Assembly (NCBI GenBank): GCA_963665235.2
Contig: CAXXLX010000001.1
Span: 4,160,001 to 4,224,000, forward strand
Direction: 5' to 3'
From: Candidatus Poribacteria bacterium
GTDB lineage: Bacteria; Poribacteria; WGA-4E; WGA-3G
DNA: 64,000 bases
Shown here: one piece after another, positions 8,925-16,771 of the stretch
How the letters are laid out: each line of letters opens with the position of its first letter
How positions within the stretch are numbered: position 1 is the stretch's first letter
The notes under the pieces: model-generated
What the model was told of the DNA's origin: nothing
The model's input: the letters and a program-made list of their open reading frames with translations, nothing else
Databases searched by the model: none
Position numbers and translations under genes: made by a program

Positions 8925-9168
8925 CTCTTCTCCTCCTAATAGCATTCTCTAATAAGGTTACGAAAAACGTTTATGAAATTATCAGCTTTCGGCAAGGAGG
9001 GGTCGGATACCTCTTACCGACTGTTGACTGCTATTTCTACAAACACACCCATTTTTACGATGGGCAGACTAATAGTCATGAGTTAAAGTTTTGGTTGTCC
9101 TTAATCTTATTAACGAAATAATTGCAAGCCGGTTGACAACCTTGCATATCGAAGTGCCATTATTTAAA

Positions 9169-9197
9169 ATTATAACATATATTTTATTGCATGTCAA
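9169..9197 (-). promoter_or_regulatory. Consensus sigma70 promoter upstream of the TonB gene (~240-nt leader)
   Basis: Minus strand TTGACA-N17-TATAAT. Confidence 0.75.
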
Positions 9198-9294
9198 CTT
9201 TTTTTTCAGATTAGCAGCAGAGTTATTTAGTTTTCGGTTTTGGGGAGCAGGTGGATTGACCAAATACTGGACATTAACGGTTTTTCCGAATACC

Positions 9295-9372
9295 GTGTGC
9301 ACAGCACGCTCTTGAGGAGCGGGCTGCTTGCCCGAATACTATAAGAGGTCGCGTGCACAGCACGTTCCTACA
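9295..9372. repeat. REP pair (GTAGGAGCGTGCTGTGCACGCG type), one interrupted by the hairpin mini-element at 9312-9340
   Basis: gtgcacagcacgctc|TTGAGGAGCGGGCTGCTTGCCCGAATACT|... followed by cgcgtgcacagcacgttcctac. Confidence 0.8.
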
Positions 9373-9405
9373 TAAGAGACCTGGGATTAGCAGGTACCCT
9401 AATAG

Positions 9406-11641
9406 TTAAGGGCTCCACCAATACGTCATTTTTGCTACCACAGTTGAATCCAACAAACGTCCTTTTGTTGTTTTGTCTGTCCGATATGTCTGATTGAAAA
9501 CGAAATAGAAATCGCTCCCTGGGCGATAGATATAATTGATGAGGAAGTTGGTAGAGACAACGTTGTCGTCTGTGTTCCATTGGGCAAAAAGTTTTGCGAA
9601 TAGGTTTGTAGAAAAAGAGTAGTTGAACCTGCCTGAGAAAAGATTTGCATCGAAACTGCCAGCAGGTAAGGTAACCCGATTAAACTCGTAGTCTCCATTC
9701 AGACTGATGCGGTCACTCGGTTTCAAGGTTCCACGCACAGAAAACTTGCGAATTTCGCCATCGTAGAAGTTGCCGAGCTCACAACCCACCGTGGTACTGA
9801 TGGGTCGGCTATCACTGGTGGATATCCTGCCGCCGAACGCGCTGAAGTGGTAGTCCGCAATGGGGATAATCACATCTTCGCGAATCTCAAAATCCTCGTC
9901 AAGTCGCTCGAACGTTCGTTTTGCTGACACCCTAATGGAGTCGCCTGTTGTGAATGAGGTCCAATGCGTATAGGAGATATTCCACCGTTCGACCTCATTA
10001 TCTTGGTTGAGAATGTAGTTGATTTCTGGTCCCGACCAAATTTCTCGGATGCCGTATTTTTGGGGTCTCGGTGCCAAGCGGAATTCGGTACGTGCTTGAC
10101 GGCTTCCGCCTGTTCTCTGAACATATCCTACCGCTGGGTCGAACTCTTCATCTAGGTCGGTGTAGGAGCTGGATACTCGAAAGATGTCGCTGCGCCACCG
10201 GGCCCCGATGTGCCAAGCGTTATTCTCGCCGGACATATCCGGTTTAAAGGTGCGTGCCCAGAGGCCGCGGACATCTAGTCTATCGCTCGGCCGGTATTCA
10301 AAATCAAAACCGGTGGCGCGCGCATAATCACTCCTTTCGTCTTTACTGACAGCAATCATCCCGACTCGTGACCCTGTAGCGATGTCCCTTGAAATCCGCA
10401 TGACAGAATAGTTGGTACGTTGAATATCAATCGGTTCATCCTCGCTGTCCGCGTCGTAAAATTTATCTGTAAGGACATTGAGCAACCCAACGCCGTAGGG
10501 GCCCATCTTTCCGCTTGCTTTTGCACCGAAGATAATGGGAATTGCTTTGCCCTCGGCTAACCCAATTTGTCGGCTATAGAAAAGGAGCATCGGGGGTGGT
10601 CGTCTGAAGCTTTGACGTGGCACGCCGAAATCGAAAAGGCCTGCTCCCTCCAAAAAGAAGGGCCGTTTCTCCGGAAAAAAAAGACTAAATTGCGTAAGAT
10701 TTACCTGCTCCTGATCGGCCTCTACTTGTGCGAAGTCGGTATTATAGGTAATATCAGCAGTTAGGTTTGAGGTGATGCCGTATTTCGCATCGAAACCGAC
10801 TTTGAATTCCCGCGTCGTTTGCAAACCCTTCTCATCATCATTCACTCGGGTAACGCCTGGCAGCACGTAAGGCAGAAATTCCATTGTCCGCGAGGGTGCA
10901 ATGCCCTCTAGACCGACGAGCGTACCGAGGTTCGTAGTCCGGTATTTCGCTAAACCCCCATAGGAGGCAGGCACAGGGGCCCATATCGTTTCCTCTTGAT
11001 GCCGAATGAGCTCCCGACCCACGTTGATACCCCATACTATCGGGTCACTTTTTTTGAAACGGAGTTGACTAAAGGGAATACTTAGCTCAGCTGTCCAGGA
11101 CGTATCGTTGATTTTCGCATTGCACGCGACGACAGCATCCCAGTCGTCGTTGAGTGTATCACCGTTATTCGTTATCGCTCTATCCTGTATTGCGCCTAGG
11201 GGGTTTACGCGAAAGAAAAAACCGCTCCGTTTGTCATTGTATGTATCCAACAACAGAAAAACGTTATCGTTTTCGTGCAAATCGCGTGTATCTCGGCGCA
11301 TTTCGTTAGCGACGAGCTTGGATATATCGGAGTCAAAACAGATAAAACCGAAGTAGATATTTTCATCGTCGTAGAGGATACGGACCTCCATCGGTTCCGT
11401 GCTGTTTTTTCCCGTCGTGCGGTTCAATTTGAACGAATTGGTCAATCGGTTCAGCTTCTTGCCACACTGTTTCAGTTAAATCGCCATCAATTTCAATAGC
11501 CTGATGGGTGCGATGTGCTTTTACCTGTTTATTAGGGGTTTCGGCATCAAGGTCGGCAACAACGATGAATGCTAGTGTTAATATGAATACGGTAATTCCG
11601 GTTTTTCGGAATTGCGGAATAGTAGATAGATAATGCTCCAA
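9406..11641 (-). pseudogene. CBM9-like / DUF5916-type outer-membrane protein, frameshifted at 11405-11410 (or sequencing error)
   Basis: N-part 11363-11641 (signal peptide, IEIDGDLTE.VW) and C-part 9406-11445 (EVRILYDDENIYFG, NTDFAQVEAD, LFFPEKRPFFLEG) join as HDGKNSTEP if the A6 run is A5. Confidence 0.8.
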
Positions 11642-11725
11642 AAACGTTGCCTCCTTTGCTTAAGAAAAATCGCAATTATTATAAAGACGAAAAAGGCAGC
11701 GAATTGGATTATATGAATTTCAATA

Positions 11726-12093
11726 CTAAAGTTTGGACAATTTTAGGGGCATCCAGTTTTTGTCAAAGGGATAGGTGGAAGGGTGGAAGGGTGGAAGAAT
11801 GGAAGGGTGGAAGGGTGAAAGAGGGGGTTGACGCGCAGCAGAGATATGCTTAGCATCACAACCCTCTTGCTAACTGCTAATGGTTTCCATAATGCTATAA
11901 ACATAACGCCCCTCTGGGGCTGCATTTTCGCGTGAGAAGCGGGTTGTTGGTCTCCCAAATACTGTGTCTATTTTCTATAGGAGCGGGCTGCTTGCCCAAA
12001 TACTGAGTTGTCCTTGTGTGAGAAACTGTGAGAAAAATCAGAAAGGCTTTTTCAAATCGGGCATCAGGTTCATAGATAGTGTCCAAACCATAG
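11726..12093. mobile_element. MITE-like element, TIR CTAwrGTTTGGACA (copy 1)
   Basis: ctaaagtttggacaa...gtgtccaaaccatag; first ~150 bp and last ~60 bp homologous to 30943-31269; contains GGAAGGGT microrepeats and REP/hairpin cargo. Confidence 0.75.
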
Positions 12094-12113
12094 GAATTTC
12101 AATAGGCTGGCAC

Positions 12114-14192
12114 TCAAAATTCTAAGGTCACTGCAAGAAAGGGGACGATGCGCAATTGAGAGACAGGAATGTGTTTTGTAAAATTCGCATCGTATCGAAC
12201 CTGGAGGAGGTTATTGCGGTTATAGACGTTCCAAAGTTCAGCAGTAATTCCGAACCGCCACCTATTCAGGCGGATTACGCGCCGATGGAACCGTAAATCT
12301 AAGCGGTGATAAGGCGTTGTGTGTCTCGGCTCCCCATAAATCCCTATCCACGTCTGATTTTTTGTAAACGGATTGGTATACCGCTCCCTTCCTATCAACG
12401 GTGAATAGAGTACCCCGCTTTTGTATTGCCAATTTGCTCCTAATTCCCACAAGGCTGAGGTGTAATTTAGATTAAGTGTGAGCGCATGTGGTGCACTATA
12501 CATATAAAGTCGTTCGTCATCTCTATCCGAATCGCGGCGTTTAGAGAGGGTGTAAGCATAAGCAAGCCACACCCGAAATTTTTCACCTATAGTGTGTTCC
12601 AATGAAAACTCAATACCTTTCACAGAGCCGGTCTGTTGGTTTTGATACCGTTTCTCTGAGAGGTTGAAGGTAATCATATTTTGGAGGTCTTTGTAATACC
12701 AAGCGAGTTCCATTTTCGTCTCAGGGGTTAGCTCCTTTTCCAACGTCATAATATAGTGTGTCGCCAGACTAGGTGCGATGTCAGGGTTCTCGTCTCCAAG
12801 CACAACTTGGTAAAACCGCGGGGTTTGTGCATATTTGCCATACATAAATCGGAGGTCCGCAAGTTTCGGACCGAGGGTTACGCCGAGGAGCGCGCGCGGC
12901 TGCATCAAAAAATTGTCTGTGAGCTCGGCGTAAGTCATCCGCACCCCCCCGGTAGCATAGAGGAACGAAGAGAAATCCTGCGTGGCTTGCAAATACCCTT
13001 CGAGACGGTGCAAATTTTTAGAAATAACGGTGTAGATTTTTTTCCCATCTCGCTTGAGTCTGAAGTCGTAATCCTGGTCGCCCTCTTCCACCGGACGCGC
13101 GCCGTTGCTAATAAGGGTGGACGGAACGTTTGAAAGGTCAAAACCGGTTTCTAACACCGTACGCGGATGCTTAACCCAATAAGCCACGTCGCCCCGGAGG
13201 GAATAGACACTTTGTGAGCTCCGATAGAAGTAGCCATCTCCAAATTCAAGCTCCTTGCGAGAAAAGGCGCGTGTCAAGGATAAGACAGATTTAAACGTCT
13301 TCTCTTTTTTAGAATAGAGATGAATGCCTTGTGAATCGAATGGGTTATCTGACCTCACGGGCCCGCGTAGGTCACCTTCATTCACCTCATTTTTCCCGAA
13401 GTTAAATCGGCCGGAATCGTCTGCCGCGATGGTGTTAATAACGAATTTATGGATAGTATGCAATTCGCTGTCCGGTCCCTCGCGCGAGGCATCAGGGATA
13501 GGTCCATTTAATTGGTAAACTATCTTTCCCTGATAACTCCAAAAAGTCGGTACCTCGGTGACTAAATCACTTTCGGTTTTTAGTAATTTGGGCAGCAATT
13601 CAAAGAGGGGGCCCATATAGCTTCGCCGTCCGAAGGCGTACCAATACCCGCGTTCGCCTAGATTTCCTTGGAGGAAGGCTTGGGAGTACACAGGGTTCAA
13701 GTTGACATTTCCGCCGAACCGGGTATCGGTTTCAGTGCGGGAGTGGATATCAATGACGGCTTGCGAATTAGCGCCGAACTCTGCTCCGTAACCACCGGGG
13801 TAAACATTTACGTTTTCAATGACTTCAGTGTTTACCGTCGAAATGATACCGAGCAGATGGTAGGGATAGCCTAACGGCAATCGGTCGAAGTAGTAAAGAT
13901 TATCTTCGGGCCCGCCGCCGCGCACGGACAGGACTCCGACGAAATCGTTCAGGACACCAGCACTCGGCAGCTGCGCTATTCCTCGAATCGGGTCGCCGGC
14001 ATTTCCGGTCCCACTTCGCAGTAAGAAACCGCTCAAGCTATGGCGCGGTTTGTTTTCTAATCGCTGGGCTTGGACAATGACAGGCGGCAGCTCTGTCATA
14101 TTATCGTCTGTTTCCGCGAATGCAAACAGCGGTGCCAGAAGCATTAAAAACGTCAATAGGTGTTTCAAACGGTAAGGATAATATACCATCAA
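12114..14192 (-). CDS. TonB-dependent receptor
   Basis: Signal peptide; plug GDPIRGIAQLPS..LSVRGG..YPGGYGAEFG; barrel ending YHRLDLR..NVYNR..LEF. Confidence 0.93.
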   Translation of the reverse strand: MMVYYPYRLKHLLTFLMLLAPLFAFAETDDNMTELPPVIVQAQRLENKPRHSLSGFLLRSGTGNAGDPIRGIAQLPSAGVLNDFVGVLSVRGGGPEDNLYYFDRLPLGYPYHLLGIISTVNTEVIENVNVYPGGYGAEFGANSQAVIDIHSRTETDTRFGGNVNLNPVYSQAFLQGNLGERGYWYAFGRRSYMGPLFELLPKLLKTESDLVTEVPTFWSYQGKIVYQLNGPIPDASREGPDSELHTIHKFVINTIAADDSGRFNFGKNEVNEGDLRGPVRSDNPFDSQGIHLYSKKEKTFKSVLSLTRAFSRKELEFGDGYFYRSSQSVYSLRGDVAYWVKHPRTVLETGFDLSNVPSTLISNGARPVEEGDQDYDFRLKRDGKKIYTVISKNLHRLEGYLQATQDFSSFLYATGGVRMTYAELTDNFLMQPRALLGVTLGPKLADLRFMYGKYAQTPRFYQVVLGDENPDIAPSLATHYIMTLEKELTPETKMELAWYYKDLQNMITFNLSEKRYQNQQTGSVKGIEFSLEHTIGEKFRVWLAYAYTLSKRRDSDRDDERLYMYSAPHALTLNLNYTSALWELGANWQYKSGVLYSPLIGRERYTNPFTKNQTWIGIYGEPRHTTPYHRLDLRFHRRVIRLNRWRFGITAELWNVYNRNNLLQVRYDANFTKHIPVSQLRIVPFLAVTLEF

Positions 14193-16414
14193 AATTCCGC
14201 CGTAATACCCAAATAAGGAATAATGGGAAATTGGTAAATCTCAGTCTTTTCTGTGTAATCGGTGTTGTAGCTGAAATCCAACAGATTTTTCCGGTTATAG
14301 GCGTTGAGAAGCTCTAAGAAGACACCGAGTTTCACACGTTTTAACTGAAATGTTTTGCTGACCCGCAGGTCTAACCGATGATATGGGCCCAATCGAGCGG
14401 AGTTTGTTTCAGCATAGACAGGCACGTAGATAAATTTTCCAGCTTCCCTTGGGTCCGGCAGGAATATCGCATCCTCAACAGGCGTGTAAGGGTTACCAGT
14501 GCGATATTGCCATTTCGCGCCTAGCTCCCAAGTCGGGGTGAGGTTATAACTTGCAGCGAGGGTTGCGACATGTGTCTGATCGAATGAATAGAAACGGTAA
14601 GGTTCATCAGTTCGGTCGCGGCGTTTTGAAAGCGCGTAGGCATAGGAGACCCATCCGAAAAATCTATCGCCACTTCGGTGCCGTAGGAAAATCTCTGTGC
14701 CTTGTGCATAACCTTCTCCTTGATTAAGAAACGTTTCCTCTTTGTCAGATGTCACTAAATTGACCAGATCTTTATAATAAGCCGCCATTTTAATTTCTGT
14801 ATCCTGTGAAATTTGACGTTTAAGTTCAAGGATGTAGTGGCTTGCCTCGCTTGACTTCAATTCAGGATTGCCAACGCTGGGCGAGAGTTGGGCAGGAATA
14901 GGTGTTTGGTTGTAAATACCGTAAGCAAATTGGAGCTCAGAACCGTTTGGAAGTTCTACCCGTAAGCTCCCACGCGGTTGAATTGAGAGTTCATCGATTC
15001 GATTAAAATAGTCAAACCGAAGGCCTAAGACAACTGACAAAAACGGTAGGAGCTCATATCTATCTTGTAAGTAGCCTTCAATCCGCTGCCCGCGCACTGT
15101 TTCATCTATACTAACCCTTTCCTGCAGGCGGATATCGTAGTCAACCTCGCCCTCATCCGGTATCCGGACGAATGTCCCGCTCACTTCCCCCGGTTCAACC
15201 CCGAGGATAAAGCCTGTCTCTAAGCGATGTTTCTCGTTCAATTCGTAGGTGAGGTCTTCACGCAGGGTGTAGTCCGGCGCGTCAATATAGAGTGAAAGCG
15301 TCGGTCCGAAATTGATATCAAATAGGAAATTGGAACGGGTTAGCGATAAAAAGGAGCTGAGCCGGTCGGTAATGGTGGAACGCAGATGAATGCCTAATCC
15401 CTCAAACCCGCTTTCGAAACTGGTGTTCCCTCTAAAATCGGCATCCACATCTTCGCCATCCAACTTCAAGGCAAACCGGTCGCCTGACGCGAAGAGATTG
15501 AAAAAAAGTTGATTTTTTTCGTTGAGGTCATAACCGGCTTTCAACTGATAATCCCAAAAGCGCGGAAATGCTGTAATCGCGCCTGTCTCAAATGAGAGCG
15601 AGCCGATGAACAGGTCGATGTAGCTTCTGCGTCCTGCTGCATACCAATACCCTTTTTCACCAATTTTTCCTTGAAGCAACCCTTCAGAATATAGCAGGTT
15701 GAGATTAAATTTTCCGCGCAGATTCGCCGGTCCACTGTTCTGTGAATAGATGTCAATTACCGCTTGAGAATCGACGCCATATTGCGCCCCGTATCCCCCC
15801 GCGTAAACATCAATTCTATCGATGATTTCGGAACTCAATGAGGAGACCAGTCCACCAAAGTGGTACGGATATCCAACGGGCACCCGGTCAAAATAGTAAA
15901 GATTATCTTCATCAGACCCTCCCCGAATATAAAGGGCACCGCTAAAATCGTTCGCCACGCCAATCCCCGGAATGACAGGCAACGCGCGAAGCACATCCCC
16001 CGCTGTGCCTGGCAGCCGAGTAATTTCCTGGGACTGAATGCTCTTTCTACTTACAGTTTTCGGAGTCCGTTTCGTTCTTACTTCTACCCCTTCAAGTTGA
16101 TACTGCGCCGCGTCGATATAAATTTTGGGTTTAAGGGTTTTGCCCGCCGCGACAAGGATAGTGGTTTTTTGTGTCAATTCAGAATCCGGCAAAACCGTAG
16201 ATAAAGTGTACCTGCCTTCAGGGATTTCCTTAAATATAAATACTCCATTTTCATCGGTTGTTTGACGTTTGTCAAGTGTAATGATGCGGACCTCAACACC
16301 TGCTAACGGTATCTCGGTGCCGGTGCTATAGATGATACCTTCAATTGTGCCCGTTTGCGAGAAAGCGGCAGTAGGGATTATTAACACCATTAGCAGGTAA
16401 AAAAAGTTCTTCAT
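14189..16414 (-). CDS. TonB-dependent receptor with N-terminal carboxypeptidase-regulatory-like domain
   Basis: QTGTIEG..; GDVLRAL..PGI..LYIRGG; C-terminal YHRLDLR..NAYNRKN..AEF. Confidence 0.95.
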   Translation of the reverse strand: MKNFFYLLMVLIIPTAAFSQTGTIEGIIYSTGTEIPLAGVEVRIITLDKRQTTDENGVFIFKEIPEGRYTLSTVLPDSELTQKTTILVAAGKTLKPKIYIDAAQYQLEGVEVRTKRTPKTVSRKSIQSQEITRLPGTAGDVLRALPVIPGIGVANDFSGALYIRGGSDEDNLYYFDRVPVGYPYHFGGLVSSLSSEIIDRIDVYAGGYGAQYGVDSQAVIDIYSQNSGPANLRGKFNLNLLYSEGLLQGKIGEKGYWYAAGRRSYIDLFIGSLSFETGAITAFPRFWDYQLKAGYDLNEKNQLFFNLFASGDRFALKLDGEDVDADFRGNTSFESGFEGLGIHLRSTITDRLSSFLSLTRSNFLFDINFGPTLSLYIDAPDYTLREDLTYELNEKHRLETGFILGVEPGEVSGTFVRIPDEGEVDYDIRLQERVSIDETVRGQRIEGYLQDRYELLPFLSVVLGLRFDYFNRIDELSIQPRGSLRVELPNGSELQFAYGIYNQTPIPAQLSPSVGNPELKSSEASHYILELKRQISQDTEIKMAAYYKDLVNLVTSDKEETFLNQGEGYAQGTEIFLRHRSGDRFFGWVSYAYALSKRRDRTDEPYRFYSFDQTHVATLAASYNLTPTWELGAKWQYRTGNPYTPVEDAIFLPDPREAGKFIYVPVYAETNSARLGPYHRLDLRVSKTFQLKRVKLGVFLELLNAYNRKNLLDFSYNTDYTEKTEIYQFPIIPYLGITAEF

Positions 16415-16455
16415 GATTCGGGAGCTCCTCCAGAACGTGTTGAAATTAGTATAGC

Positions 16456-16707
16456 GGGCGAGGGGACCTCGCCCCTACGAGCCTATGTGATAAGTTTGTG
16501 GGCGAGGGGACCTCGCCCCTACGAGCCTATGTGACAAGTTTGTGGGCGAGGGGACCTCGCCCCTACGAGCCTATGTGATAAGTTTGTGGGCGAGGGGACC
16601 TCGCCCCTACGAGCCTATGTGATAAGTTTGTCGCCCCTACGAGCCTATGTAATAAGTTTGCGTACCTCGCCCCTACGAGCCTATGTGATAAGTTTGCGTA
16701 AGTCCTG
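16456..16707 (-). repeat. Tandem 44-bp REP array (GTAGGGGCGAGGTCCCCTCGCCC), 4 full + 2 partial units
   Basis: gggcgaggggacctcgcccctacgagcctatgtgataagtttgt repeated with near-identical linkers, so not CRISPR. Confidence 0.9.
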
Positions 16708-16771
16708 TTAAATTATACATTTTGTTTCGTAGGATTGCCAGAGAAAATGTGTATTAAAGGTCCTGTCTATG

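Noticed and set aside
11400-11415. Programmed -1 frameshift at GGGAAAAAAC
   Set aside because: Joining the ORFs needs +1, and two other genes show the same extra-A pattern.
16456-16707. Possible CRISPR array (also 2569-2655, 29896-30097, 35215-35485)
   Set aside because: Sequences between hairpins are near-identical rather than unique spacers, no cas genes are present, and GTAG+hairpin fits REPs.
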